Positions 19,410-30,792 of a stretch of 64,000 nt of DNA are shown one piece after another. The translations under genes and the position numbers were made by a program. Each line of letters starts with the position of its first letter. The stretch's first letter is position 1. The notes beneath the pieces are model-generated. The model had not been told where the DNA came from. It saw only the letters and a list, made by a program, of their open reading frames with translations, and ran no database searches. The stretch is from contig DAIDCO010000003.1 in assembly GCA_027309555.1 (NCBI GenBank), positions 6,737 through 70,736 on the forward strand, given 5' to 3'. This DNA is from a bacterium. Its GTDB lineage: Archaea > Thermoplasmatota > Thermoplasmata > Lutacidiplasmatales > UBA184.

Positions 19410-20150
19410 CTATTTAGCCTTCGCTTGGGCGGCGCCGTCGTTCGTCGCCCCCAGGACCCCGTCCACGAGGAGCGCGTGGATCGAAAAGCCGCGCAACATC
19501 TGGTCCCACATCTGCTTGCGGATCTCGACCGTGTGGGCGAATCCGGCGACGATCTGTCCGATCCACTCGCTGTGCTCGACATCCGCGACGACGTGCAAGT
19601 TGTAGTACTCGAGATGCGCCTCGTCGACCCGGTAGTGCGTCCGGAACGACGGCAGAAGTCGGGCGCAGAGCTCGACGTTCGGTGGCTCGGAGGAGCCCGC
19701 GGCGGAGACGTAGAACGGGTGGACCCGATTCGTGTAGAGGAAGTCGTCGATCGCCACCATCGTGCTCGGGAGGAGCGGTGCGGATTGGACCTCGGTGCGC
19801 GGAACGCCGAGGCCTTCGCAGAAGCGCAGCCACAGCTCGGGATGCCCGGTGGTCGTGCCCTTCGGGTCCCCGGCCTCCTCGACCAGTTGGTCCAGGATCA
19901 TCCGACGGTAGCGGTCGTTCGCCGGCTCCCAGGAGCAGTTCGCGAACCGCTCGGCCATCGCGATCGGGACGCTCGCGAGCCAGGGATAGAACTGCTTCAC
20001 CCACTCGCGGACGACGGGAATGGGGACCTCGCCGTTCTCAATGCGGGCGAAGAACGGGTGGGTCCGGAACGGGTGGTGTTCCATCTTGTACTTGGTGAGC
20101 TCCTCGCGGAACTTCTCGCCCTCAAACCGGACCCAGGGGGCTTCGCTCAT
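19410..20150 (-). CDS. Heme-oxygenase-like diiron protein (CADD/PqqC/TenA family)
   Basis: HPFFARIENGE, EE-x-H (VEEAG..GHPELWLRF), H-x3-D-x2-H (LHVVADVEH). Confidence 0.85.
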   Translation of the reverse strand: MSEAPWVRFEGEKFREELTKYKMEHHPFRTHPFFARIENGEVPIPVVREWVKQFYPWLASVPIAMAERFANCSWEPANDRYRRMILDQLVEEAGDPKGTTTGHPELWLRFCEGLGVPRTEVQSAPLLPSTMVAIDDFLYTNRVHPFYVSAAGSSEPPNVELCARLLPSFRTHYRVDEAHLEYYNLHVVADVEHSEWIGQIVAGFAHTVEIRKQMWDQMLRGFSIHALLVDGVLGATNDGAAQAKAK

Positions 20151-20237
20151 GGGCCGGCCGAGCGGAGGTCGCTATTTGCGACCCGGGGTTTCGACCTGAA
20201 CCTCGGCGTTCATCATCGGTCGGGCGGCTCCGCCCCC

Positions 20238-21551
20238 GTGTCCTCTTCTCCTAGGCCATCGCCGCTCGTGCCCGCGTACGGACCGCTCGCGGGAGTCCGG
20301 GTGCTCGAATCCGCCCGGTTCGTCGCCGGTCCGTGGGCGTCCGCGTACCTCGCCGAGTTCGGGGCCCGCGTCGTCCACGTGGAGGGACCCCCGTTCGAGG
20401 CGCCGTACGCCGATCCCACACGGACGCTCCGGCCGCTCCTTCCGGGCCCCCGCCCCGAGGAAGCGGTCTCGGAGTCGTGGGTGCAGTACGCCCGGAACAA
20501 GCTGTCGGTGGGCCTCGACGTGCGCCATCCGGAAGGGCGTCGGGTCTTCCTCGACCTCCTCAAGGAGTCCGACCTCTGGATCGAATCTTCCCGCCCCGGC
20601 ACGTACGACCGACTCGGGCTCTCCGATGCCGAGGTGTGGGCTGCGAACCCCCGCCTGACCATCGTCCACGTCTCGGGCTACGGCCGAACCGGCGACCCGT
20701 CCCGCATCACCGCTCCCTCCTACGACCTGACGGCCCAGGCCTTCAGCGGGTACCTCTCCCTCCAGGGGAAGCCGGACCCCGACCCGCCGATGCGGGCCGG
20801 GACCGCGCTCAACGACACGGTCACCGGACTCGCTTCGGCCACGGCGGGGCTGATGGGCTACATCCACGCCCAGCGGACCGGCCACGGCCAGTCGATCGAC
20901 GTGGCCCAGTACGAGATCTTCTTCGTTCTCCTCGAGAACCTCGCGCTTGACTACTTCATGCGGGGGGTCGTGCGCGGGCGGTTCGGGTCGGGTCATGCCC
21001 GACTCCATCCGTACGACGTCCACCGCGCCGCCGACGGCTGGGTCGTGGTCGCGGCCCCGACCCAGGAGTCCTGGGCCCGGCTTCGGGACCTCATCGGGTT
21101 CGCCGACCGCGAGTTCGACGACCGGGACTATCGCCTCGCGCACCGCGGTCCGGTCGACGCAGCGATCGCGGAGTTCTGTCGCCCTCGTTCGCGCGACGAG
21201 CTCGAGCGACTCGGCCGAGAGCGTGACGTCGCGATCAACCGAGTCTTCGACATCGCCGACATCGCGCGCGACCCGCACTACCGCGCCCGAGAGATGTTCC
21301 TCGAGTGGGACGACCCCGTTGCGGGGCGGGTGAAGGGACCCGGGGTCGCCCCGAAGTTCTCCGAGACTCCCGGCGGGGTCTGGAGGGGTGCGCCCTGGCT
21401 CGGCCAGGACAACGACCGCGTGCTCGGCGGGTTGCTCGGGTACTCCGAGGCGGAGGTCGCCCGGCTCCGGGCCGACGGGGTCGTCGGGGAGGACCCTCCC
21501 AGTGCCACCCCCCGAGATCCCGCCCCGTTCTTCGTCCGGGAGGGCCTCTAG
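20238..21551 (+). CDS. Family III CoA-transferase (CaiB/BaiF)
   Basis: GPLAGVRVLE, AGPWASAYLAEFGA, RNKLSVGLD, SGYGRTG, APWLGQDN; start uncertain. Confidence 0.93.
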   Translation: MSSSPRPSPLVPAYGPLAGVRVLESARFVAGPWASAYLAEFGARVVHVEGPPFEAPYADPTRTLRPLLPGPRPEEAVSESWVQYARNKLSVGLDVRHPEGRRVFLDLLKESDLWIESSRPGTYDRLGLSDAEVWAANPRLTIVHVSGYGRTGDPSRITAPSYDLTAQAFSGYLSLQGKPDPDPPMRAGTALNDTVTGLASATAGLMGYIHAQRTGHGQSIDVAQYEIFFVLLENLALDYFMRGVVRGRFGSGHARLHPYDVHRAADGWVVVAAPTQESWARLRDLIGFADREFDDRDYRLAHRGPVDAAIAEFCRPRSRDELERLGRERDVAINRVFDIADIARDPHYRAREMFLEWDDPVAGRVKGPGVAPKFSETPGGVWRGAPWLGQDNDRVLGGLLGYSEAEVARLRADGVVGEDPPSATPRDPAPFFVREGL

Positions 21552-21552
21552 G

Positions 21553-22698
21553 ATGGGCGATGTCCCCGAGCTGCCGGATGACCCGGTCGTAGCGGAGATC
21601 CGCGAAGTCGCGGACCGCCTTGGCCTCGCTCGACGGTATCGCGAGCTCGACCGCGCGCCCTCGTTCCCCTGGGAAGAGTTCCGGGCGATGGGCGCGGCCG
21701 GCCTGATCGGCCTGCACACCCCCCGAGCCCTCGGGGGCCGCGGGCTCTCGGTCGCGCGGACGGGGATCGCCCTCTTCCACCTCGCGTACCTCGGCGGCAG
21801 CGCCTTTGCAAAGCTCTCGCTGCAGCCAGAATTCTCGAGCGTGCTTGCCGAGCACGGCTCGCCCGAGCTCGTCGAAGAGTGGTTCCGACCCCTCGTTCGG
21901 GGCGAGCGGCTCGTGGGCAACCAGATCACCGAGCCCGGTGCCGGGTCCGATGCCGGTGCCATGTCGATGGTGGCCCGGCCGACCGAGTCGGGCTACCGGC
22001 TCACTGGGGAGAAGAGCGAGGCCGCCTTCGCGATCGACGCGGGAGCGGCGATCGTCTACGCCCGCGTCCCCGGCCCCGACCCGCGCCGGGAGATCACGGC
22101 GTTCCTGGTCCCCCAGGAGCTGCCCGGTACGACGCGGAAGGCGAGCTCGGGCGATCTCGGCGAGCGCTGGATGCGGCGCGGTACCGTGCAGTATGCGGAC
22201 GTCCTCCTCCCCGAGCGCTTCCGTCTCGGTGAGGTCGGGGAAGGGTTCCGCTACGTCCGGTCGGAGCTGACCCGGGAGCACGCGCTCCTCTCGGCGATCT
22301 ACCTCGGGGTCGCGCGGTCGGCATGGGACGAAACGGTCGCGTATGTCGGCGAACGCACCGCGTTCGGGCGGCCGCTCTCCAGCCAGGAAGCCGTGGCCTT
22401 CCCCCTCGTCGAGGACGGCGCCGAGCTCGAGGCGGCCTGGCTGTTCACCGAACGGGTCCTCGCGCGGCTCGACCGCGGCGAGGAGGCCGACTCCGGCGCG
22501 GCGCTCGCCAAGTGGATGGCGACCGAGGTCGCGTTGCGCACCATCGACCATGCGATCCAGTTCCACGGGGGACGGGGGTACTCCCAGGACCTGCCGCACG
22601 AGCAGCGATGGCGCGACGTCCGCAGCGGGCGGATCGCCCACGGTCCCTCCGAAGTGATGCACGAGATCGCCGCGCGACGGCTCTGGCCACGCCACTGA
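21553..22698 (+). CDS. Acyl-CoA dehydrogenase
   Basis: ITEPGAGSD, LGEVGEGF, RTAFGRPL, QFHGGRGY, HGPSEVM. Confidence 0.93.
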   Translation: MGDVPELPDDPVVAEIREVADRLGLARRYRELDRAPSFPWEEFRAMGAAGLIGLHTPRALGGRGLSVARTGIALFHLAYLGGSAFAKLSLQPEFSSVLAEHGSPELVEEWFRPLVRGERLVGNQITEPGAGSDAGAMSMVARPTESGYRLTGEKSEAAFAIDAGAAIVYARVPGPDPRREITAFLVPQELPGTTRKASSGDLGERWMRRGTVQYADVLLPERFRLGEVGEGFRYVRSELTREHALLSAIYLGVARSAWDETVAYVGERTAFGRPLSSQEAVAFPLVEDGAELEAAWLFTERVLARLDRGEEADSGAALAKWMATEVALRTIDHAIQFHGGRGYSQDLPHEQRWRDVRSGRIAHGPSEVMHEIAARRLWPRH

Positions 22699-22734
22699 AC
22701 GGCGACCGGGGCTGGGCCCGCGGTCGGGAGCCGT

Positions 22735-24069
22735 TCAGGTCGCCTTCGAGCTCGCCGACCGAGCGCGTTCGGGGCGCCCCGGCTCGGCCTCGGGGTGCTT
22801 CGGGCGCTCCTGGAATTGCTCGGTTTCCGTGGACCCGTCCATGGCGAGCGTCGTGGAGAGGCCGCCGGAGAGGACCTGGGCTACGTCGTCGAAATAGCCC
22901 GTGCCGACGAACGACTGGTGCTTCACTGCGGCGTAGCCCTCTTCCTCGGCCCGGAACTCCTCTTCCTGGAGGTCGGTGTAGGCGGCCATCCCTCGCGCTG
23001 CGTAGCTCTTCGCGAGCTGGAACATGGAAAGGTTGAGGGCGTGGAACCCCGCGAGCGTCACGAACTGGAACTTGTAGCCCATCTCGGCGATCGTCGACTG
23101 GAACTCCGCGATCACCTGCGGCTTCAGTTTCTTGCGCCAGTTGAAGGACGGAGAGCAGTTGTACGCGAGGGGTTTCCCCGGGAACTGGGCGTGGACCTCG
23201 CGGGCGAAGCGCTCCGCCTCCTCGAGATCGGGGCCGGCGGTTTCGAACCAGAGGAGGTCGGCGTACGGCGCGTAGGCGAGCCCGCGGGCGATCGCCATGT
23301 CGAGCCCTCCCGTGATATCGAAAAACCCTTCCGGGGTCCGCTTCCCCGTGAGGAACTTCTCGTCCCGGGCATCGATGTCGCTCGTCAGGAGCTTCGCCGA
23401 TAACGCATCCGTCCGGGCCACGAGCACCGTCGGAACGCCGAGAACGTCCGCGGCGAGCCGCGCGGCCCAGAGCTTCTGGTTGAACTCCCGTGCGGGAACG
23501 AGCACCTTCCCGCCCATGTGACCGCACTTCTTCACCGATGCGAGCTGATCTTCGAGGTGGAGCCCCGAGGTGCCGGCGTCGATGAGCGCCTTCGTCAGTT
23601 CGAAGACGTTCAGGTTGCCCCCGAAACCCGCCTCCGCGTCCGCGACTATGGGCGCGTACCAGTAGACGCTGTCCTTTCCGAGCGCGTGCTGCTTCTCGTC
23701 CTCCCGGCGGAAGGCGTTATTGATCCGCCGGACGAGGTGCGGCATCGAATCGGCCGGGTAGAGGCTCTGGTCGGGGTAGGTCTGGCCCGCGTCGTTCGCG
23801 TCGGCCGCGACCTGCCAGCCGCTCGCGTAGACCGCCGGAAGGCCCCCCGCGACCATTTGGACCGCCTGGGTCCCGCTCATCGCGCCGAGGGTCGGAACGT
23901 ACGGCTCGGTGTGAAGGAGTCGCCAGAGCCGCTGGGCGCCGAGCGTGGCCAAGGTGTACTCGACCCGGACGGAGCCGCGGAGGCGCTCGACGTCCTCGGC
24001 CCGGTAGGGCCGAACGATTCCCTTCCACCGTTCGCTCTTCTTCCAGTCCGCGCCGACCTCTTCCTTCAT
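22735..24069 (-). CDS. aceA: Isocitrate lyase
   Basis: [33 protein letters not shown]. Confidence 0.97.
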   Translation of the reverse strand: MKEEVGADWKKSERWKGIVRPYRAEDVERLRGSVRVEYTLATLGAQRLWRLLHTEPYVPTLGAMSGTQAVQMVAGGLPAVYASGWQVAADANDAGQTYPDQSLYPADSMPHLVRRINNAFRREDEKQHALGKDSVYWYAPIVADAEAGFGGNLNVFELTKALIDAGTSGLHLEDQLASVKKCGHMGGKVLVPAREFNQKLWAARLAADVLGVPTVLVARTDALSAKLLTSDIDARDEKFLTGKRTPEGFFDITGGLDMAIARGLAYAPYADLLWFETAGPDLEEAERFAREVHAQFPGKPLAYNCSPSFNWRKKLKPQVIAEFQSTIAEMGYKFQFVTLAGFHALNLSMFQLAKSYAARGMAAYTDLQEEEFRAEEEGYAAVKHQSFVGTGYFDDVAQVLSGGLSTTLAMDGSTETEQFQERPKHPEAEPGRPERARSASSKAT

Positions 24070-25715
24070 GACCCGCGGCCCTCCGCGTCCCGGAGATATG
24101 GGTACGCGTACTGCGTGATAAACTCCTCGAACGAGCGAGCGGAAACGACCCGGTCGAGCAGCCGGCGCGCCCGTCCGATGGAGCTCGGAGCGGCCGATCC
24201 GCCGGACTCCGCGCGCAGGGCGGCGGCCTCGCTCGCGAGCCCGCGACGAAACACGGCCCGGTCGACCGAACCTCCCTCCGCGAGGGGGGCACCGTGCCGT
24301 ATCCACTGCCACAACTGAGAGCGGGCGATCTCCACGGTGGCCGCATCCTCCATCAGGTGATCGATCGGGACGCAGCCGACCCCCTCGAGCCACGCCGCGA
24401 GGTAGCGAAGCGCGACGCGCGTGTTGCGCCGGACTCCCTCCATCGTGACCGCTCCGTCCGGGATCGCAAGGAGTTCGCGGGGCCCGATCGAAGTCCCATC
24501 CGGGGGTCGGTCGATCTGGTGCGGCCCTTTCATGCCGGCCTCGAATACGCGAAGGGCGGCCGGCACAAGCCCCGGATGGGCGACCCACGTCCCGTCGTGA
24601 CCCGCGCGGACCTCGCGCTCCTTGTCCGCGATGACACGGGCCATCGCCTCCGCGTTCGCCACCGGGTCGCCCTTGATCGGGATCTGGGCGGCCATACCGC
24701 CCATCGCGTGCGCGCCGCGTCGGTGGCACGTGTCGATCAGGAGCCGGGAGTACGCCGTGAGGAACGGGGTGGTCATCGCCAGGCTCGCGCGGTCGGGGAA
24801 GATCCGGCGGGGGTCGTCTCGGTACTGCTTGATGAAGCTGAAGAGGTAGTCCCATCGGCCGCAATTGAGACCGACCGAGTGCGGGCGCAGTTCGTAGAGG
24901 ATCTCGTGCATCTGGAAAGCCGCCGGCAGCGTCTCGATGAGCACGGTCGCCCGGATCGTTCCCGCGGGAAGGCCGAGCCGCTCCTCCGAGTCGGCGAAAA
25001 CGTCGTTCCAAAGCCGCGCCTCGCGGTAGTGCTCGATCTTCGGGAGGTAGAAGTACGGTCCCGTGCCCCGACGGACAAGCTCTGCCGCGTTGTGGAAGAA
25101 GTAGAGCCCAAAGTCGAAGAGGCTCGCCGACACCGGCCGGCCCCGCAGCGTCGCGTGGCGCTCCTCCAGGTGCCAGCCGCGCGGTCGGACCATGAGCGTT
25201 GCCGTCTGCTCGGCGAGCCGGTAGTCGCGGCCGTCCGACGATCGGTACGAGATGCTTCGCCGGACCGCATCCCGAAGGTTCACCTGGCCCGCGATCGTGC
25301 CGGACCAGGTCGGAGAGTGGGAATCCTCGAAGTCTGCCATGAACACCTTCGCGCCCGAGTTGAGGGCGTTGATGATCATCTTGCGGTCGACCGGGCCGGT
25401 GATCTCGACTCGGCGGTCCGTGAGGTCCGCCGGTGGAGGAGGGATCGTCCAGGACCGGGTCCGGACCCCGCGGGTCTCCGCGAGGAACCCGGGCGTCCGG
25501 CCCGAGCGCACGACTTTCCGGAAACCGCCGCGCGCCGCGAGCAATCGCCGGCGCGTCGGTCCAAATCGCTCCTCGAGCGCGGTCACGAACTCGAGGGCGT
25601 CGGGAGCAAGGATCTCGTCGAACCGTGGTCCGGAGGGGCCGGAGATTCGTATCCCCGGCGACGCACGCGCCCGGGAGGCGCGGCTCGCTGCGACCCTCCG
25701 CTTTCCGGCTTTCAT
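24066..25715 (-). CDS. aceB: Malate synthase A
   Basis: [39 protein letters not shown]. Confidence 0.97.
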   Translation of the reverse strand: MKAGKRRVAASRASRARASPGIRISGPSGPRFDEILAPDALEFVTALEERFGPTRRRLLAARGGFRKVVRSGRTPGFLAETRGVRTRSWTIPPPPADLTDRRVEITGPVDRKMIINALNSGAKVFMADFEDSHSPTWSGTIAGQVNLRDAVRRSISYRSSDGRDYRLAEQTATLMVRPRGWHLEERHATLRGRPVSASLFDFGLYFFHNAAELVRRGTGPYFYLPKIEHYREARLWNDVFADSEERLGLPAGTIRATVLIETLPAAFQMHEILYELRPHSVGLNCGRWDYLFSFIKQYRDDPRRIFPDRASLAMTTPFLTAYSRLLIDTCHRRGAHAMGGMAAQIPIKGDPVANAEAMARVIADKEREVRAGHDGTWVAHPGLVPAALRVFEAGMKGPHQIDRPPDGTSIGPRELLAIPDGAVTMEGVRRNTRVALRYLAAWLEGVGCVPIDHLMEDAATVEIARSQLWQWIRHGAPLAEGGSVDRAVFRRGLASEAAALRAESGGSAAPSSIGRARRLLDRVVSARSFEEFITQYAYPYLRDAEGRGS

Positions 25716-25931
25716 CCGTCCCGAACCGGTCCCGGCCCCACCCTGCGATGGGCCAGGAGCGGCTCGGTGCCCCGCGCCCTACCGCCCGCTCGCCAGATAC
25801 CTTCTTCGGCCCGGACCCGCCCGAACACGGCCGCCCTGCGTGCGGCACGGCCGACCCCGGCGGACCCGGCGACCGGCGCTCCCCGAGCGTGCGAACCCAC
25901 GCAATATATATCCCGCGGTAGCTCCGACAAC

Positions 25932-27266
25932 GTGCCGGAAGCTCCACAGGTTGGATCTCCCCTTTCGCTGCTTACCCTGCGAGAGACGCGACGGTTTATC
26001 GGACGTTTCCGGGCCATCCTGCTGACGGCCGCGTTCGTGATCGTCTACGCATTCGGTTCCATGGTGCTCGGCGGCATGTTGATCTTCGCGAACCTGGGGG
26101 GCGGCTATCAGATCCTCCCGATCTGGGGCAACGGGCTGGGGACGGATACTTGGAGTTACCCGGCGCTCCTCATCAGCGCTCCCTGGGGGTTCGTCGAGCT
26201 TCCGTTCTTCGCGACCCTCTCGATGGTCGTCGTATCGATCGGCGTCGGCATCGGCATGTCGGTCGCGGTCCTCCTCGGGATCTCGCTCGTCCGAACGCGA
26301 CGTCGGACGGCCGGTCGACCGGCCGCGGTCGGCACCGTGGCCGGGCTGACACCGGCCATGATTGCGCTTGTCACCCTCGGGGCGTGCTGCTCCACGACGG
26401 CTGCAGCGACCGCAGGCGTGGGACTGGTCGCGCAAGTGAGCGGGTCGACCACGAACAATCTGCTGCTCAACAACTGGTTCCTCGGGGTCTTCCAGATGGT
26501 GGTCGTATGGACCGCGCTCGTCGCCCAGGAGCTCGTGCTGCGGGTCTACGGCGGACTCTTCGGACTTTCGGGCCCGGACACCGACCGCGCCCCGGTGGCG
26601 CCCCGACTCGACCGACGCGTAGCGCTCGGAAGCGTGCTCCGGGCCGTGCTGCTGATCGGGGGGATCATGTGGTCGCTCGCCATGTTAGTGGAGTGGACCG
26701 CGGTCGGCCCGTTCAACGCCTCGGCGGCCCTTTGGTTCCGCTGGATCGTGGAGCATCAGGTCCCGGCGTTCCTCGCGATCCTGGCCGCCCTGTTCCCGAG
26801 CGGCACGCTGGCCGCGCTCCGCAGCTTGGGCCGACCCTCGGCCCTCGCGCTGCGAGGTGGCCTGGTGGTCGCGGGAGCGATCCTACTCCTCGGCGCCCCG
26901 CCTCCGTTCGCCGGTGCGGGAATCGAAGGGCTCGGGAACGAGCTCATGGGAGTCCTCGGCCTCCCGGCAGCATGGGGCGCCGTCGCGCCGGTGTTCGCCC
27001 CCGGGCTCGACCTCTACTTCCGCTGGGGGTTCCAGTACGGGTTGCTCGGCGGCTTTGCGGTCGCGGCGGGCGCCGCCCCACTTCGTGCATTCGTCCCACT
27101 TCTCTGGACGGTGGGAGCGAACACGGGGAGGGACGGCTCGTCGGTCCGGTCTCCGGCCGCGAGCGGCGGACCGTCCCCGGTGGCGGTGGCACCGACCGGG
27201 TTCGACGTGCGGGGCCCCGTGGCCGGAAGCTCTCCTGCCCCGGGTACCGTTGTCCACGGTCCCTAG
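25932..27266 (+). CDS. Multi-pass membrane protein with a CC motif
   Basis: Many hydrophobic helices, LGACCSTT; AATATATA box about 25 nt upstream of GTG 25932. Confidence 0.8.
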   Translation: MPEAPQVGSPLSLLTLRETRRFIGRFRAILLTAAFVIVYAFGSMVLGGMLIFANLGGGYQILPIWGNGLGTDTWSYPALLISAPWGFVELPFFATLSMVVVSIGVGIGMSVAVLLGISLVRTRRRTAGRPAAVGTVAGLTPAMIALVTLGACCSTTAAATAGVGLVAQVSGSTTNNLLLNNWFLGVFQMVVVWTALVAQELVLRVYGGLFGLSGPDTDRAPVAPRLDRRVALGSVLRAVLLIGGIMWSLAMLVEWTAVGPFNASAALWFRWIVEHQVPAFLAILAALFPSGTLAALRSLGRPSALALRGGLVVAGAILLLGAPPPFAGAGIEGLGNELMGVLGLPAAWGAVAPVFAPGLDLYFRWGFQYGLLGGFAVAAGAAPLRAFVPLLWTVGANTGRDGSSVRSPAASGGPSPVAVAPTGFDVRGPVAGSSPAPGTVVHGP

Positions 27267-27298
27267 GACCGTTCCCCCGGCACGGAGCGTCCTGAAGG

Positions 27299-29431
27299 AT
27301 GCTGGCCACCGAGCTGATTCTCGCCCTTCTCGCCGCGGGCATGGCCGGGGCGACGGCGTATCTCATCCGATGGGCCTCCGAAGCGCGGACCCCGCTGACC
27401 GCTTCCACGGTCGTCTTCCTCTTGCTGATGATGGTCGCGATGGTCGGCGGCGCCGCCGTGTACTACGCGCACCCCAGCTCGGCGTCGCTGGTCGAGGGGT
27501 TTTGGGTGGCCAGCGCGGTCATGTCGGTGAGCGTCGTCCAGGTATTCCTCGGGTTTCTCGAGGAGGTCCGCCAACGCTCCAGAAGAGACCCCGCCGCCGC
27601 TCCGCCCGTCCTCGCGCACGTACGGGGATTCGCCGCATCCGTCATCCTTCTCGTGCTCGCGAACGAGCTCCTGATGGGGTGGACGTTCCAGGCCGCCGCC
27701 GGTGCTCCGATCGCGGGGGGATTCTCGGGGCTCGGGTCGTTCTCGAACGGCCTCGCGGCGATCGTGAGCTCGCCGTGGTTCCTTTACACGATGTCGGCCG
27801 AGATGCTGCTCACGGCGTTCTTCCTGCGGCACCGCCTTCCGCGGGCGGTGCTCTTCGTGCTCGTCTGCCAAGCCCTGATCATGTTCCTCTCGCCCCCCGC
27901 ACTGCCGGTGCAGTCGTGGGCGGACGGATCGGTCTACCTGGCGAGCGGGCTGATGATCGCGCTCTTCGTCTTCCTGATGGAGTACCTCTACCGGACCCCA
28001 CTCGTTCCGAACGCCTTCGCGAGGTACATCGTACGGTTCCTGTGGGTATACGCCCTCATGATGGCGGGGCTGTACTTCTGGCTCGTGAACGCGAGCTCGG
28101 TCGCGTTCGCGCTGTCGGTCGTCGCCGAGATGGCGCTCTTCTTCGAGCTGGTGGTCCGCCCCGAACGCATCGACCCGTCCGACCGGATGGCGTGGCAGTC
28201 CCGTCCCCACTGGACGTTCCAGCTCCTCGCGGGGATCTTCGTTTCGGAGCTATTCATGGGCGCCCTGCTCGACGCCCGCCTCTACGGGGCGGTTTTCACC
28301 TCCGCGCTCCCCGCGCTACCGCTCGCCGGCGGAGCCGGGACGGTCGCCTACCACGCGTTCTACAACGGGTTCTGGTTCGTCGCCCTGACCACGGCCTCGA
28401 CCTGGTTCCTCGCAATGATGGGGCTCGAAATGGGGACGCTCGTGGCCTTCAAGTTCCGCGAAACGCGGTCGCGGGAGACGAAGGTCCGGCTGGGGCTGAT
28501 GATGGGGTGCTACGCGGCGTTCGCGGTGTTCTTCCCGAGCCTCTACTACTCGATCGTCTTTCCCCAGCTCGCGAGCGGCGCAAGCGTGCCGGTCCTCGGC
28601 TGGAGCATGGGGATCGGCTCCGCGCCGTTGGCTATCGGCGCCTTCGGCGTGGTGCTCACGAGCTATGCGATCACGGGCGCCGCCTCGTTCCTCTTCGGGC
28701 GCCGCGCGATCTGCTCCACCTTCTGTACCGCCCCGCTCATGTTCCAGGGGACGGCCATCGATTCGATGAAGAGCTTCAATCGAAGCTCACCGCTCGCGCG
28801 AAAGTATCTCTCGAGCCGCTTTTCCCGAGCCTATACGGCGACGACGGCCGCCGTGATGACCTCGCTCGTGCTCGCGTCGGTCGCCTCCTATCTCGACCAG
28901 ACCGGCCGCCTCCGCCTCACGGTCCTCGGCGCGGACCCGACGGTCTTTCTCTTTTCGTTCTACTTCAGCGTCCTCTGGTACGTGCTTTTCGTTACGATCC
29001 CGTACGCGGGCAACTACAACTGCGTGACGATGGGCTGGTGCTACACCGGCACGATCAGCCAGGCGTTCGGTCGCCTCGGTTTCTTCCGGCTCAAGGTCTA
29101 CGACCGCGACGTCTGTCGACGCTGCACGACGGTCGATTGCGCGAAGTCGTGCCCGGTCGGCCTCGTCGACATGCCCGGGCATTTCCGGCAAACGGGCGAG
29201 TTCCGTAGCTCGAAGTGCTGCGGGGTCGGCGATTGCGTCGAGGCGTGTCCCTACGGGAACATGTACTTCTACGACGTCCGCCACTGGCTGCGCGCCGGTC
29301 TCGGAATCGGGGAGCGGCCCCGGCCGAACCTTCTGCCGATGGCCCGGAGCGCGGTCGGGGGCGATCGTCGGAGCGAGTCGGTTCCCTCCGGGAGGGGTGC
29401 CAGCCCCCCCTCCTTCCCCTCGAGCCCGTGA
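27299..29431 (+). CDS. Large membrane polyferredoxin (NapH/MauN-like, 4Fe-4S)
   Basis: Many TM helices; CSTFC; C-terminal CRRCTTVDCAKSCP and CCGVGDCVEACP. Confidence 0.88.
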   Translation: MLATELILALLAAGMAGATAYLIRWASEARTPLTASTVVFLLLMMVAMVGGAAVYYAHPSSASLVEGFWVASAVMSVSVVQVFLGFLEEVRQRSRRDPAAAPPVLAHVRGFAASVILLVLANELLMGWTFQAAAGAPIAGGFSGLGSFSNGLAAIVSSPWFLYTMSAEMLLTAFFLRHRLPRAVLFVLVCQALIMFLSPPALPVQSWADGSVYLASGLMIALFVFLMEYLYRTPLVPNAFARYIVRFLWVYALMMAGLYFWLVNASSVAFALSVVAEMALFFELVVRPERIDPSDRMAWQSRPHWTFQLLAGIFVSELFMGALLDARLYGAVFTSALPALPLAGGAGTVAYHAFYNGFWFVALTTASTWFLAMMGLEMGTLVAFKFRETRSRETKVRLGLMMGCYAAFAVFFPSLYYSIVFPQLASGASVPVLGWSMGIGSAPLAIGAFGVVLTSYAITGAASFLFGRRAICSTFCTAPLMFQGTAIDSMKSFNRSSPLARKYLSSRFSRAYTATTAAVMTSLVLASVASYLDQTGRLRLTVLGADPTVFLFSFYFSVLWYVLFVTIPYAGNYNCVTMGWCYTGTISQAFGRLGFFRLKVYDRDVCRRCTTVDCAKSCPVGLVDMPGHFRQTGEFRSSKCCGVGDCVEACPYGNMYFYDVRHWLRAGLGIGERPRPNLLPMARSAVGGDRRSESVPSGRGASPPSFPSSP

Positions 29432-29496
29432 ACGCGCACGGTCCCCCCCCGCGGTCGCGGGCGCGGGAGTGCCCGGCCGGTACGGGGCGAACGGCG

Positions 29497-30792
29497 CTAG
29501 TCCGGCGCGTCGGCCAACGCGAAGATCATTCCCTCGACGACCTTCGGCAGGAACATCGTCGACTTGTGGGCCATCACCGCACCCGTGCCGAACGCGCGCT
29601 CCTCGATCCCCGTCTCGGTGAGCGGAGGCAGGAGGAGCGCGGTCCCGTTCCGGCCGGGTTCTCCCGCATCATCCGACCGTTCCCAGGCCGCCCGCGGGGA
29701 CCGTACGAATTCGAGCTCGTGGGGGTCGATACCGAGCCGGTCCTCGAGGAATCCGTGAAGGAGGTCGAAGTCCGCGCCGACGTCGCTGCTGGGGACGCCC
29801 CCCACCTCGTACAGGGCCCCGGCATGGGCAACCAGGAAGCCCCGACGGCCGTCCTCGTGCATCGCGCGAAGGCGCGCGATCGCCGCCTCCGGTCCCGCGG
29901 GGCCGGGAACGGCCTCGATCCACGGAAACCGCTTGCGCGCGCCGTCCAGGAGCTCGGAGAACGGCAGCACCGCGGCGGGAAGGACCCGGTGCCAGGGAAG
30001 TACCCGGAGCGCCCGGTCCTGCCCGTCCACGAGCATGGCGAGCGGAGCGGTCCGGCGCCCCTCGTAGTGGCGGTGCGCCGCCGCGGTGAACCGGTGGTGG
30101 CCGTCGAGGATGAGGAGGCGCAGATCGCGCACGAGGCCCTGGAGCTCCGTGACGGCCTTGGGGTCGTCGACTCGCCAGAGGCGGTGGGTCGTCCCGTCCA
30201 GCATGGCCTCGGCGACCGGCGGGACCGTCCCCTCGAATGATAGGCCGCGACGATCGAGACCCAGACGCCGCTCGAGCTCGTCGTTCAACCGGTGGTCCGG
30301 CCGGTGGTAGCCCGCGAGGATCGGGGCGAACGTCATACCCGTGGCGTCGGTCAGGGCGACGCGCTCCTCGACCCGGTCCTCGAACGTTCGCTCGTGGAGT
30401 GCGACTGTGTCGTGCTCGAGGTGAGTGAAGTCGAGCGCCCCGACCAGGCCGAGAAGGAGGTACTCCTTCCGTCGCTCCTCGGACGGTATCGTTTCGAGGA
30501 TATCGGAGGGCGGAACGTAGCGGATGCCGTAGATGTAGTACCCCGGACGCTCGTCCCGTACGTAGGCGCCGGCGCGGAGCGCCTCCCCGAGATTGTCGAC
30601 GGCGCCGGCGACGAACCGCTCGAGCGGAACCCCGCGCGGGCGGGGCACGAACCGCGCGGCGTTCGACGGATGACGGGCGAACCGGATCAGCTCCGTCTCG
30701 GAAAGCGTGTCGTAGACCGGGCAGACCACGCCGTTCGGGTCGACCGCACGCGGGTCGGGATGCCAGGCGCGGACCGGAGAGAGTTCGACTAT
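29497..30792 (-). CDS. DUF1015 family protein
   Basis: VCPVYD, LHERTF, ILDGHHRF, MAHKSTMFLPK; family-like N-terminus begins at an ATA codon (IVELSPVRAW). Confidence 0.85.
   Translation of the reverse strand: MVELSPVRAWHPDPRAVDPNGVVCPVYDTLSETELIRFARHPSNAARFVPRPRGVPLERFVAGAVDNLGEALRAGAYVRDERPGYYIYGIRYVPPSDILETIPSEERRKEYLLLGLVGALDFTHLEHDTVALHERTFEDRVEERVALTDATGMTFAPILAGYHRPDHRLNDELERRLGLDRRGLSFEGTVPPVAEAMLDGTTHRLWRVDDPKAVTELQGLVRDLRLLILDGHHRFTAAAHRHYEGRRTAPLAMLVDGQDRALRVLPWHRVLPAAVLPFSELLDGARKRFPWIEAVPGPAGPEAAIARLRAMHEDGRRGFLVAHAGALYEVGGVPSSDVGADFDLLHGFLEDRLGIDPHELEFVRSPRAAWERSDDAGEPGRNGTALLLPPLTETGIEERAFGTGAVMAHKSTMFLPKVVEGMIFALADAPD

Noticed and set aside
22735-25947. Apparent 1070-aa isocitrate lyase fusion
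   Set aside because: The N-terminal extension is an alternative frame over aceB; aceA starts at 24069 with an ATGA overlap. The same artefact inflates trpC, trpG, lysC, asd, aroC, aroA, aroK and the CoA-transferase.
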